From: Camelus dromedarius
Taxonomy: Eukaryota
Length of the DNA stretch: 64,000 nucleotides
Assembly: GCF_036321535.1 (NCBI RefSeq)
Contig: NC_087436.1
Location: 37,388,001-37,452,000 of the forward strand
Direction: 5' to 3'
Numbering within the stretch: position 1 is the stretch's first letter; every line of letters starts with the position of its first letter. A program made the position numbers and the translations under genes. Below, piece by piece: positions 50,212-62,843 of this stretch. The notes under the pieces were generated by a model. That model worked only from the letters and a program-made list of their open reading frames with translations, was not told the origin of the DNA and ran no database searches.

Positions 50212-52129
50212 AATGTCTTTTCTCAGGATGTACTGGCTGTTAGCCCCTTGATAGGAGTGTGGTTAGTGTTAGAATATCTGGAGTTTTGCACAGTGTGAGA
50301 CAGGGCTTCCTCTCTGTCTTGATGCTGTCACCACCTGGTCAAGGGCAGGGCCTACTCCCCAGTTGGTGTAGAAGCTCTGAGGTTCGGGTTTAATTAGGCT
50401 CTGTTTCCCCTGAATGTGTGCCCTGCCCCAAAGGATGTAACTGCTTAAGCAAAGTGAGGCATGTGCCATCACAGAGGACTTGCGTGCCTCCTGTGTAGGC
50501 ATTCAAGCTTCTGCTCAGAAGCAGCCCAAAGTAACATCACTTTCTCTGTTGTGTCCATCCCAGATATACTACAGGTTTGTGGTGTGGAGTAGGCTGAGGC
50601 TGGGGGTTGGGGCACTGTGGCTGCAGGAATTGAGGTGGCTGTGCTGCCATCTGAGATCTAGGCTGCCCCATGACAGATTTTCTCAGGAACTGTCTCCCCC
50701 AGGTCCAGCGCTAAGCTGCAGTGTGGAGTAATCTTATTCAGGGTGCTCTGGGTGGGAAGGTTACCACTGTATACTCCTAAGTGTGCTGATAATTATTGCT
50801 GCCCTACCTGGACTATACCCCCAGGCCCTCTGGGGTACCTCTGTGTAGCTAGATGCATCCTCTCCCAGGGCCTGCCTTCTTGAAATTCAGTGCTTAGCTT
50901 AGCTGTTACACACTCCTGTGGTGCTGCTGCACATGCACACTGAAAATGTCTGCCTTGGCTACACCCGCTACCCTGTGTGCTCACTGACATTGGTCTCTGT
51001 AGCTCTGCCTGGATCACACCCAAGGTACCCTATTCTCTCTATGTGCATCTAAACTGAGTCTCTGCCCAAATCTCATGCCAGGTGGTGGTGTGGAGTGAGC
51101 AGGGCTAGGGTGTTTGCCCCTTTGGATTGTGAAGTATGGTGATACAGCAGCCACTACTGCAACGCTCTCTGTCCTGATTGTCAGCAAGCCAGCACAAATG
51201 CCGTCCTCACAAGTAGAGTCTAGACTTTCAGCCATTCTGTCTCAGAGGATTTTCCAGTAGACAAGGGGACTTGTCTCTTTCACACAGGACCCTAGGTCTA
51301 GGATTGGGCCTTGACCTGTTCACTCCCCAGGGTAAGGGTCTACCCATGCAGACTTTCCTCCTCCTTACAGATCCCTCCCAGGGATGCAGGTCCCAATCTG
51401 ATGCTTTTTTTCTCATCCTGTTTGGTTACATGGAGAACTTTCTTGCAGCTTTGGTTGTATAGAAGTTCTTCTGTCAGTTTCTAGTTAGTTTTCCTTGAGA
51501 ACTGTTCACATGTATATATATTTTTGATGTGTTTGTTGGGGGCGGTGAGCTCCATGTCATCCTACTCCACCACCTTGATCCCCTACTCTCTCTACATTTT
51601 CTTTATCCATTCATTTATCAAGGGACACTTAGATTGATTCCATATCTTTGATATTGTGAATAATTCTACAAGGAACATAAAAATGAAGATAACTCTTCAA
51701 GATACTGATTTCATTTCTTTTGGATATATACTCAGAAGTATATATACTGCTGGATTACATGGTAGCATTTTTAATTTTTAAATGTTTTCCATAATGGCTG
51801 GCCAATTTACATTCCTGCCAACAGTGCTCAAGGGTTCCCTTTTCTCTTCATCCTTGTCAATATTTTTTAACTTTTGTCTTTTGGTAGCAGCCATTCCATC
51901 AAGAGGTGATACCTCATTGAGGGGTTTGATTTGTATTTCCTTGATAATTAGTGACATGAGCATTTTTCCTATACCTGTTGGCAAAATTTTTATGTATTCT
52001 TTTTAGAAATGTCTATTTGGGTCCTCTGCCCATTTTTCAGTTATCTGTTTTCTTGGTATTGAATTGCTGTTAGTGTTTAAGTGTGGCTAAAAGAATATGC
52101 GTGGGTGCGGAGTAGTCAAATGAGTATAG

Positions 52130-52648
52130 ATCCAACTCATTCTAGTCTAATACACCATCCTTACTTCAGAGGCTAGAAGGCCAAAACTACATTTTTTTCC
52201 ATACTCCCTTTCATTTAGAATTCTGGATAGTATTTAAGTTCTACCAAGGATGTCCTTTTGTCAGATTTAGAAAGCCAAAGTAAAGTGATGGCAATTCTGC
52301 TGCTACGTATACTGTTTCTATTGTAAGAAGCATCTGGAAGTGGTATCTCACATTGGGGCAGATTTCTGATCATATGTCTTGTGTATTTTAGTTCCCTTTC
52401 TATGGTAGCGGGGCTCGGTTCTGAAGTCGGCAGATGGAGCAGTGACACCTTCACAATTCGACAAATGGCGTCCTGGTTGTAAAGGAGAGTTTCCTTTTGT
52501 CCTTGATGTTTCTGAAAGCCCAACCATGAGTCTGTTTCTCAGACTTTCACAATGATTCTGTAGATAATTGAATGCCCTGTAGTAAATTTCTTCCTGCTTA
52601 TGCTAACTAGAGAAAACTCTGTTTTCTGCAGTGAATTCCAACTGACAA
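52130..52648 (+). mobile_element. ERVL solo LTR, LTR33-like
   Basis: gaggctagaaggccaaaactacattt... and 3' end taaatttcttcctgcttatgctaactagag....ctctgttttctgca...ctgaca. Confidence 0.65.
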
Positions 52649-54104
52649 AATTATCCAGGGAAAATCCAGAGGGAAAACAATTTATGACTCATGATAAGAG
52701 CAAAGAACTTCACCAAAACGAAATGGAATAATCAGAGAAGAGAAAGGAGAAAAAATACTGTAATGTCATGGAAGGCAACAGGAAAGAAATTAGCAGCAGA
52801 CTTAACATAGGCCACAACATGGACATAAGAAAAATCCTTTTTCTATGACTGTTATCAGAACGAACAAAATGAGGGCATGAAGGTTTGTTGTTTTCGTTTG
52901 TACTTTTTTTACCTTCTAGTGTTTCTAATGATTATATAGCAAGACCCAACCACGACCTACACCATAGAAATCAGAGGAAAGCCAGCCTTGTTGAACCCTT
53001 CTTCTGGAGAAGAGAAATAGAAAGAGAGGTTTGTTCTAACAAGAGAAGACTGAGGAAAGACAGGCTCCAAGAGACTCACGCTCCACTGCTCACTTAGCCA
53101 TCTAGGGTCAGGGCTGTCTGTGCCTTTGGGAAACCACATTTCTCGATATTCTCACTGCTCAATAGCCATCTACAAAAGCAGGTCACTCAGATTCCTTTGG
53201 TACTGGGCAAGCATGCACAGTTAAAGATATACTAGCCTCTTGTTTTTACTCAACTCTAATCAATAAAGAGATTATCACTACCATATACTTTGCTTTCAAC
53301 ATGATAGAAACAACTCATAGTTACACAGGGGTTGGCAGTCAGGTGTATTTTCCTTCATACTGTTCAATCATTTTACCTCTCATAGCGCTTTCTTCCTTTA
53401 TATTTTTATTTCCTTCAGGCTAACATTATACAACTTAGAGCTTACTTGGGCTACTGTATATTTCAATTAAAAGCTTTATTTTTTAAACATCCCTTCCAGT
53501 CTCTAGTATGAATCTAATGATTTACTCTTTACTTTTGTTCTATAGTAATAGCCATCTTGTCTTCCGTATCTTTTTTCAGAGAGGATCATAGAAACCACAG
53601 TATAAACTCCTACACTACCACAAAGACTGTAACATTCAACGTCAAAAGAACACTATTTTAGTTACCACTTACTAAGATAAAGTCAAGCTGGTACTGTCAC
53701 AGTCACTGTGGAATTTACAGGTAATTAAGACGGCACATCTTCTACTAATCCATATTTTTACCATTCAGAATAATGCCTAAACCAAAAAGGTACTTGTTAA
53801 TTACCTGACATCCATATGCCTCCTCTCACGAAGGTTCACTTGGCTTCATGGTCTACCTATTTGCATTTATTAGTTCTTTACTTTCCCTGACTTAGTGTTA
53901 TCTACGAGCCTACAGACATCATGAGTTTATTGTATTTTTCTTCTTCTAGTCCATTTATACAAATGCTTGACTGAAATGACCCCAGATAGAAGCTGTAGAC
54001 TCTGCTATTAACATTCACAACATTTAGAAAAATACTAACTTATTCCTTTTGTTTTCTGTTTCTTAGACAAGAATTTATGATTAAAACATACCAATGCTGA
54101 TTTT

Positions 54105-54260
54105 TTTTAAAAAGACCTTAATAAGAGAAACGTATCAAACTTTTGAAAATCTAAATACCATATGCAGTCTAGACTTGACTTGTCCACACATTTATTCTTA
54201 AATCTCTTCTATATTAAAACCAGTATTGTGGGAGAATCCCATTGTCTCTCATTTATTACT
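54105..54260 (-). mobile_element. Possible ancient CR1/L3 LINE RT remnant
   Basis: The - strand reads gtatttagattttcaaaagtttgatacgtttctc, resembling the CR1 RT motif YLDF(S/Q)KAFDTVSH with a small deletion. Confidence 0.35.
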
Positions 54261-56542
54261 TTAGATAAATGGAACTAAGATTTGTCTACTATACTTGTCA
54301 CTCATAGAAACAACTCAAAAGCAGAGGGACCGTGTAGCAGGTGCCACGTTTGGGGGGGGGGGTGACAATAAATCCAATACCAGTTGTTTTGAAAATTATT
54401 CAGGAAGAATAATCCAAAAGTGTGTCATTTTATACAGATTGAGTACTAACTGCTACAGAAATCTACACATTTGAGTAGAATTACTGAAAGGCATAAAGTA
54501 CACAAAAGAAAGATTTGTTAAACAAAAAAGCCAAATGATAAAATATAAACACTGTGCTGTTTTGAAATTGCTGTGTGTTCCAATTTTTGAAACTTCTATA
54601 AGCCTATAAATATAATACTGCAATGCTCCTGTCTCTTGCATGTCCTTAGTTGTTCTGACTGATGGGCAGTTTTTGTGGGTATATTTCCAGGGGAATTCAA
54701 CTCTAAGGGAAAGGAATTTTTTTCTATCATGGCTAATCAGGCCACAAGTTCGCAGCAGGAAGCTCTCTGTCGTGCACAAGACCCCTTTCTCTCTCATGCA
54801 CATGCACACCATCCCCCTCCACATACACACTCTGCCTGTCATTTGGTCCCCATACCCAGCCAATTAATCCTATTTGTCCTCAATGTCAGCCCTGTAAGTT
54901 GGTCCTTTTTCCTATCAGAAAATCTAATGCCATTTCATTTCTAAAGCTTTTGTAGAACTGAATCACGTTGTGAATCAATGTTTTGAGGTCATGCATGTCC
55001 ACGTACCTGCAAATCACATCTTCCACCCTAAAAGGTAGATGTTCCTCAATAATTCTTTGGGAAATATCACTATGTCTATTTGCTCACATATCTATTAAAG
55101 TGTCTTTCCAGTCAATTTAAGTCACAGGTGTGGACTTGGAACCTGAGTCTCCCACCTGCCCAGGGTGTCCTATAAATTTAAAAATTAATGTCTGAATAGG
55201 CATTACACAAGCACTCTTCATGGACATTTTATAATTATTTAGTATATTTTTCAGCTGCTAGTAGAAATTGTGCAACACAAAAACATGATTAGGCATACAT
55301 AGGACATACTTTTAATAACTGCTCTTCCTTTAAATATTTTTATTTTACAAAATAAATTTTATAGCCATTGTGAGATATCTTTTCCAGGGAAAAATTTAAG
55401 AAGACTTGGTAATAAACTGAAGAGACTACTGGATATCCTTTCGGTGGAATGCTGGAGCCTCCTAGAAATTATCTAATTCTGTAAAGGGCTCTGCACTTTT
55501 CATCACCTTTGAACTGGTTTATAGCTCTCTAAATTGTAAATAGCTAAGAGTAATACGATAATTCCTGTAATTCTTTCTGGTGAAGAGAGCCACTTTTGAG
55601 CCCATTCATAAATTCATTTCAACATTCTCTCTGTCACATGAATTAATGGTTCCTTGACTTCCCCTTGAACAAGCTGCAACACTGGTCTCGTTCCCTTGTT
55701 AGTTGATGAATTAAATGAAATCTTTGATGTGATCATTTTATATCTCTAAGAGTCATGATTTTACAACTCTCTTTAAAAATTCCTCTTAACTCTACAGTAT
55801 GGAAATTCAAAATCAAAGTTTAATGTTTTAAAAGCTTTCTACTGGTATGGGTGTTTTTCCATCTTAAACTGCTAATATCTATCTAATGCCACTATCATTA
55901 TTACTGTGATTAACAAACACACACACAAATACCAAAACTCTGATTTGACCTATTGAGAAACAAAGACAAAAATGCATGATTATTATAATAGCTCATTATG
56001 TTTTCTTGAGGGATCTAGTGGATGAGGTGATTCCATACATCTCTTTGGCTGTTAGTTATTTTATACATAGAAAATGTATCCAGAACAAAGCCTGTTCCAA
56101 AGGTGTCACATGACATGATCTTTAATAGTAAAGACCACTTAAGACAAAATTGTGAGGTGGTGAAGTTTAACTTGACACATCTTGTTTCTATGCAACACCT
56201 ATGATTACCTCTCATCCCCAAGCAGATCCCTTTTTCTTCCTTTTATTGAAGCCATGTTTCCCAGGCCAATATCTATCTCCTAGGAAAAGTGGAAATCATA
56301 AAGAGTTGGGGCTTTTGTTTGAATTTAAACTTGGTTCAAATTCCTGCTGTGTCACTAGTGATGTGACCTGGGCATGTTAATACACGTTCTGACAGCCGGT
56401 TGACAAGGAAATAACAAATGTCAGAGGAGTGTGGTATTAGGAACTGCCTCTGTGGTGCCTAGCTCAATTTGTGTGCATTCCTTCCTTCTCACCCATGATG
56501 CTCATGGTTGTACCTTGGAGGGACACAACACCAGAGTCAGTA

Positions 56543-56853
56543 CAGGCCCACCTCAGAGATGTTGTGAGTTCTTTCTAGACCACTGCAATAAAGGGGATAT
56601 AGCAGTAAAGTGAGTCCCATGAATTTTTTGGTTTCCAAGTGTATATAAAAGTTATGTTTACACGATACTGTAATCTATTAAGTGTGTGATAGCATTATGT
56701 CTAAACAATGTACACATCTTCATTAAAAATAATTTTGTTGGAAAAGTGGTGCCAATAGACTTGTTCAATGCAAGGTTACCACAAACCTTCAATTTGTAAC
56801 AAAATATCTGCAAAGTATAATAAAGTGAAGCACGGTAAACTGATGCATGCCTG
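56543..56853. mobile_element. Tigger1 internal-deletion MITE (Tigger1a-type)
   Basis: Both Tigger1 ends are present (caggcccacctcagagat...gaccactgcaataaag; accacaaaccttcaatttgta...atgcctg). TA flanks at 56541-56542 and 56854-56855. Confidence 0.92.
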
Positions 56854-57084
56854 TAAATGTGGTTTTGTATGTGAAAACCTATGTGGAAATTCTTGTGAAT
56901 CCTATAGTTTGACAAACTCCAACTGATTACAGAGAGGAACTAGAGGAAAATCTATGTGTAGGGTTATGATGTGTTGAGTCCAACAGGATTGCCTGGTTTA
57001 ATGACCATACAGACAATGAGTTAGAATTAGGTGGGTCAGGGCCTCTCACCTACATAGCCAATGGAAGAGGTTTCATATGATCTT

Positions 57085-57225
57085 TTTTATTTTTAAAATA
57101 AAATTTTGGAGGTGGGAGGCAACTAGGTTTGTTTATGTATTTATTAATGGAGGTACTGGGGGTTGAACCCAGGCCTTGTGCATGCTTAGCATGTGCTCTG
57201 TGGCTGAGCTATACCCACCCCACTG
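57085..57225 (-). mobile_element. tRNA-derived SINE, camelid vic-1-like
   Basis: The - strand reads ggggtgggtatagctcagccacagagcacatgctaagcatgcacaaggcctgggttcaacccccagtacctcc (A box, B box, tRNA-Ala-like) followed by an A-rich tail. Perfect 11-bp TSD catatgatctt at 57074-57084 and 57226-57236. Confidence 0.9.
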
Positions 57226-58214
57226 CATATGATCTTAATTTCACTGTTATGCTGTTGGCACCCAAACTGAAATTGTTCATTCCCTATCTACACAGACATT
57301 CGCATGCTTGTCTTATAGTTTTAACCCATTCTACTTTACTATTTAGCCCCCATTACCTTAATCCATGTTCAGACATTTATTCTAAGAATTAAATGAGCTA
57401 ATGTATTTGAAAGTACAAGCCCATGGCCTGGCACATAGAAAAAGTTCAATAGAATTTGTTGGATTTAAAACTAAGTCTTGATTTATTAGATCCACAAAAC
57501 CACTATCCTTTGAAATCTAGTGGAGTAAGTTAACATGGCCAAATGCTTCTTGAATTTATAGGTTGGCCATTTTCCGTCATGGCCCCTCTGAATAGCTAAA
57601 AGTCACACACATGTGGGTTTCAGTCTCTAGACCCCTGACCTATTCTTAGCCTACTGCTGGCCAGTTCCTGCTACCTATTATTCAGTCACTAAGGTATTAA
57701 AATAAATGTTAACATGTGCTCCTTTGGGGGATATCTGATCTTAAATACTGAAAGAGGAGGATTTTATTATTGCTCTACCCTTGAGAGCCCAAGGGGCTGG
57801 CAAGAATCTCCTTTTCCCACTTCACTCCTCTCAGGCCTGTGTCTTAGGTTAGTAAATTTATGCTGGACAAACCACAAAATATAAAATAAAGAGAAGAATA
57901 GATCCCAGACAGTGATGAGCTGCTCGTTAGACAGAAGCTGTTGTTTTGAGAGGCAAAAATCCTGAAAACAAACACTCTATGTTTAAATTATTAACCCTAA
58001 CACTTCTTACTTTTATGGGACACATTCTAAACATCACAGATCAAACAGAAAGAGAAGAATATATAATTATTGCTGTTTTTATTATAAAAATAAACTAAAC
58101 CGAGGAACCAAAGGTTGCTTTAAAGATGTTTTTACTTTGACTTTTAAAAATTTTATCACATCTTTAAACAATGCACAAGAATGAACCATAAAAACTTTTT
58201 TTTCACCAAAGTGT

Positions 58215-58216
<2 letters not shown>

Positions 58217-58245
<29 letters not shown>
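58217..58245. repeat. A29 homopolymer
   Basis: Read directly; no adjacent recognisable retroelement body. Confidence 0.95.
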
Positions 58246-59152
58246 GCACTGTTTCGACCCTCTGGATGTACTTACAAGTTCTAAGATGTCTAAAACATCT
58301 CTTGATCAAAGGTTACTTCTTCTGATTTTAGTTTTGTTTCAGTTGCCGTTACCAGGTAGGTATTTTATAACTTACTATAAACTCTAACTCAAATGGGATA
58401 ACCATTCAAAATGGAAATTTGCTTCAGGAACAAATTATACTCTAGACCAAAACTTCTGGAACACAGTGCTTTCTTCCAGTGCTGCTCAGATATCTCCATA
58501 GAAACACTCCTTCCCACAGAGGAGAGTAAAGGTGCATCCCAGGGTCTCGGTATTTTAAGGCCCATAATAAGTGCATGATATCTTTGAAATCTGGATCTTA
58601 TCTTTGAGAATTATGTAAAAACTTCTTATAAAATTTTTAAATTACTTTTCACCAGAAAAACACATCTACAGATGGAACTGAGTTTAGAGAGATGTACCCT
58701 TTCTCCTGAGACTTGCTGCTCCATGGGCAGTGGGAGGTAGGGGTGAACATCCTCAGATTTGCTAGCCTCTTCTTGGCTCAGGACCCCTTTTTATCTATCT
58801 AATAGAGACCTACCTGCAAGGATAGAGAGAACTTCAAATCACCCGCATTCAAAACACTGGTGGCCCTGTTACAGACTAATTGTCATGAATAGGGCAAATT
58901 AAAAACAAGATGTTGTTAAATGTCAGGTTTCGGGTCCAGACTGAATCTGTTTGCCTGCATCCTTGTGTTGACTCAGTCCCTAAGTGACTCATTATGTAAC
59001 CTCAGAATTGCAGCTTTTAGTGGAAATGGAAAAAAAAGTAAATTTTTCAATAAATCCTGGGTGAAAGCAAACTGGTAAGAGACAAGAGAAAGAGAGACAG
59101 AGACAGAGAGATCGACAGGAGATAAAAGAGCATGCTAATTAATACATGTTCT

Positions 59153-60300
59153 AGTCTACCCAGGCAATAGAAATAAAAGCAAAAATAAACAAATGGGCCC
59201 TAATTAAACTTACAAGTTTTTGCACAGCAAAGGAAACCATAACCGAAACAAAATGACAACCTACAGAATAGGAGAAAATATTTCCAAAAGATGAGACTGA
59301 CATGGCTTAATTTCCAGAATATATAAACAGCTCATACAACTTAACAAAGTAAAAAAAAAAAACCAAACAACCCAACCCCAAAATAGGCAGAAGACCTAAA
59401 TAAGCAATTCTTCAATGAAGACATATGAAAGGCCAATAGGCACATGAAAAAAAGCTCAATATCACTATCAGAGAAATGCAAATCAAAACTACAATGAGGT
59501 ATCACCTCACACCAGTCAGAATGGCCATCATTGAAAAGTTCACAAATAATAAATGCTGGAGAAGGTGTGGAGAAAAGGGAATCCTCCTATACTGTTGGTG
59601 GGACTGCAGTTTGGTGCAGCCATTGTGGAAAACAGTATGGAGATTCCTCAAAAGACTGAAAATAGACTTACCATATAATCCAGCAACCCCACTCCTGGGC
59701 ATATATCCAGAGGGACCCTTAATTCCAAAAGATACATGCACCCCAATGTTCATAGCAGCACTGTTTACAGTAGCCAAGACATGGAAGCAACCTAAATGTC
59801 CATCGACAGGTGACTGTATAAAGAAGCTGTGGTATATTTATACAATGGAATACTATTCAGCCATAAAAATGATAAAATAATGCCATTTGCAGCAACATGG
59901 ATGGCCCTGGAGAATGTCATCCTAAGTGAAGTAAGCCAGAAAGAGAGACAAATACCATGATATCACTTATATGTGGAATCTAAAAAAAAAAAAGACAAAT
60001 GAACTTCTTTACAAAACAGAAACAGACTCACAGACATAGAAACACACAAGGTTACCAGGGGGAAGTGGGTGGGAAGGGATAAACTGGGAGATCAAGATTT
60101 GTAGATACTGACTAATATATATAAAATAGATAAACAAGTTTATACTGTGTAGCACAGGGAATTATATTCAATATCTTGTAATAGCTTATGGTGAGAAAGA
60201 ATATGAAAGTGAATATATGTATATTCATGTATGACTGATGCATTGTGCTGTACACCAGAAATTGACACATTGTAAACTGGCTATACCTCAATTTAAAAAA
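59153..60300 (+). mobile_element. Young 5'-truncated L1 with open ORF2 C-terminus (59476-59880) and full 3' UTR
   Basis: [19 protein letters not shown]...[18 protein letters not shown]...[25 protein letters not shown]...[16 protein letters not shown] aattaatacatg at 59137-59148 and 60301-60312. Confidence 0.96.
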
Positions 60301-60927
60301 AATTAATACATGCTCTTTTTCAAGTATTTATAAAGCAACTCAAGCTGCTATTGAAATATTTTAAGCTTTCTTAAAACATTTTTGAACATTCAGATAGTTG
60401 AAGTGACAAATGTCCTGTATTCTGAATTAGATAGTTACCTCAAGTTTTCATTTCACTCTCATTGTTCAGATCAACACTAAATGTCTAAGATCCATCATCT
60501 AATTTCCAAAAAGGAAAAGGAAAAATAAGGGGAAAACTGCCTATTTATCTGTTTTGCAAGTTGAAGATTAATAGATACATAAAATAAAGTACATCCTAGA
60601 TTAATATGCCTCCATCACTACTCCAAAATCTCTTGCCTCTTTGGTCTTTTATGAGGAATATTCTCTCATTCATTCATTCATTTATTCAAAAAATAATTTT
60701 GAAATTTCTATGATCTTTCAGAGACTGCTGTAGGTACTGTAGAAACAGGTGTACAAGATGAAGCCCCAGCTCTTGAGAAGTAGACATACAGACATACAAG
60801 GAGCAGTAAAAGGGCACATATGACATCAGGTGTTATAGAGAAAAGTAAAGGATAACAAGGTGATAAAGAGTGCCCAGGCAAGTCTATTTAGAAGGAGAGT
60901 CCTGAGAGAGTCTCTTTAAGACATGCT

Positions 60928-61983
60928 GTCCTTGACAGGGGACTTGGCAATGATCTCATGGATTTGACACCAAAGGCAAAAGCAACAAAATAAAAATAAA
61001 CAAGCAGGACTATATCAAACCAAAAAGCTTCTACATAGCAAAGAAAACCATTGATGAAATAAAAAGGCAACCTATGGAATGGGAGAAAATATTTACAAAC
61101 CGTATATCTGATAAGGGGCTAATATCCAAAAGATACTAAGAACCCATATAGCTCAATAGCAAAGCACACAAACAATCTGATTTTAAAATGGGCAGAAGAT
61201 GTGAATAGGCATTTTTCCAAAGACAACATACAGATGCCCAGCAGGTACATGAAAAGGGCTCAACATCACTAATTATGAAGGAAATGCAAACCAAAACCAC
61301 AATGAGATTATCATCTCATACCTGTGAGTACAGCTATCAACAAAACAACAAGAAATAACAAGTGTTGTGAAGATATGAAGAAAAGGGAACACCTGTGTGC
61401 TATTGGTGGAAATGTAAAATCATATAGCCTCTATGGGAAACAGTATGGAGTTTCCTCAAAAAATTAAAATTTGAACTACCATATGATCCAGGAATTCTAC
61501 TTCTGGGTATTTATTCAAAGAAAACAAAATCACTATTTTGAAAAGATATCTGCACCCCTATGTACATTGCAGCATTACTCATAGCAGCCAAAACATGAAA
61601 ACAAACTAGCTGTCCACCGACGAGTGAATGGATAAAGACAATGTGGCAAACACACGTGCAAATGTGCATGCAAATATGTACACAAACACACTGGCATATT
61701 ATTCAACCATAAAGAAGGAAATTCTATCATTTGTGCCAACATGGATGGAACTTGAGGGCATTATGCTAAGTGAAATAAGTCAGAAAACGATAAATACCAT
61801 ATGATCTCACTAATATGTGGAATCTTAAAAATAAACATTGAACTCATAGATACAGAGAACAGATTGGTGGTGGGAGAGGTGGGGGGCAGGGGGAGGGGTG
61901 AAATGGGTGAAGTTGATCAAAAGGTACAAACTTCCAGCTATAAGTCCTGGGAATATAATGTAAAAATACAATAAAATAAAATA
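60928..61983 (+). mobile_element. 5'-truncated L1 (L1MA9-like) with shortened 3' UTR, inserted in L2
   Basis: ORF2 C-terminal sequence and an (aataa)n tail. Perfect 10-bp TSD aagacatgct at 60918-60927 and 61984-61993. Confidence 0.92.
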
Positions 61984-62475
61984 AAGACATGCTATTTGAA
62001 CAGCAACTTGAAAGAAGTAAGAGAGGGAACCTGGTAGAGATCTGGGAGGAAATATGTCCCTGATTCCTGATGATACTTGGTGTCATCAAGGAAGAGCAAG
62101 AAATCACTGTGACTGAAGCAGAGTAATCAGGGAGGCTGGTGGTAGATGAGTTTGGAATAGTGGTCAGGGGCCAGACCCTGCAAGGCCTTGGAGGCCTTTG
62201 ATGAGGACTTTGAATTTTGTTTTTAGTATGATGGGAAATGTTAGAGAAATTTGAAGAGGGAAGCGATGTGATTCCACTTAGATTTTAAAAGACCACTTTG
62301 ACTGCTGTGCAGAAAGAATAGACTATGGAAAATCAGAGGCAGGGAGACCAGTTAAGTAGGTGTGCAGAGTCTAGACATGAGACGATGGTGGCTTCAACTG
62401 GCCTGGAAGCTGTGAAGATGGTGGAAGATTGTTGGATTTGGGAGATATTTGAAAGTAGAGCCCACAGAGGAGTTA

Positions 62476-62843
62476 TGTAGTAGGTTGAATGGTGGCCCCT
62501 AAAAAGGGTATGTCTACATCCTAACCCCCGGAACCTGTGACTATGACCTTATTTGGAAAAAGGATATTGGAAGATGTAATTAAGTCAAGGATCTCTAGAT
62601 GAGATACTTCTCGATTACTGGGGTATACCCTAAATTTAATGGCAAGTATCCTTATAAGAGCCAGAAGGGGAGAAGACACAGACACAGGAAAAAAGGGGAG
62701 AAGGCCATGAAGATGGAGGCAGAGGGCAGCCCTGCAAACAACTCGATTTCAGACATCTGGCTTCTAGACCTGTGAGAAAATTTATTTCTGTTATTTTAAG
62801 CCACTAAATTTGTGGTAATTTGGTACAGCAGCCCTAGGAAACA
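62476..62843 (+). mobile_element. MaLR solo LTR, MLT1C-like with internal deletion
   Basis: tgtagtaggttgaatggtggcccc...gaccttatttggaaaaagg...tttctgttattttaagccactaaatttgtggtaatttggtacagcagccctaggaaac. Confidence 0.88.

Larger units (their letters stand above)
47605..51592 (-). mobile_element. Artiodactyl-type L1 retaining both termini (5' UTR/ORF1 start 49708-51592; 3' UTR 47605-47826) but lacking ORF2
   Basis: The 5' end reads gagagtaggggatcaaggtggtggagtaggatgacatggagctcacc on the - strand. ORF 49737-49919 (KEQEKSPEGTNETELISLLDPKYKKKVIKML) is homologous to ~14220-14400. TSD tacaatttcttt (47593-47604) / tacattttcttt (51593-51604). Confidence 0.88.
47018..52065 (-). mobile_element. L1MA-type 3' end (47018-47592, resuming 51605-52065), split by a 4-kb compound L1 insertion
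   Basis: ttcagctttattgag...acaatcaagttaattaacacattcattacctcacatagttacc. Resumes ttatccattcatttatcaagggacacttagattg. Confidence 0.88.

Noticed and set aside
50269..51462. Cluster of short ORFs in a GC-richer segment (possible gene or CpG island)
   Set aside because: This is the antisense L1 5' UTR; CpGs are depleted.
54640..54702. In-frame TGA followed by IPLEIYPQKLPISQNN* on the - strand (selenocysteine or readthrough idea)
   Set aside because: No SECIS or TGA-CTAG context is recognised, there is no established upstream coding exon, and it matches no selenoprotein I know.
57150..57221. tRNA-Ala gene
   Set aside because: Degenerate stems, an A-rich tail and a TSD mark it as a SINE.
59476..59880. 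134-aa Cys-rich ORF
   Set aside because: It is the C-terminal domain of L1 ORF2 in a 5'-truncated copy; the zinc-knuckle His is replaced by Tyr.
61866..61910. G-quadruplex-like G runs
   Set aside because: This is the standard G-rich tract of L1 3' UTRs, repeated in the other copies here.
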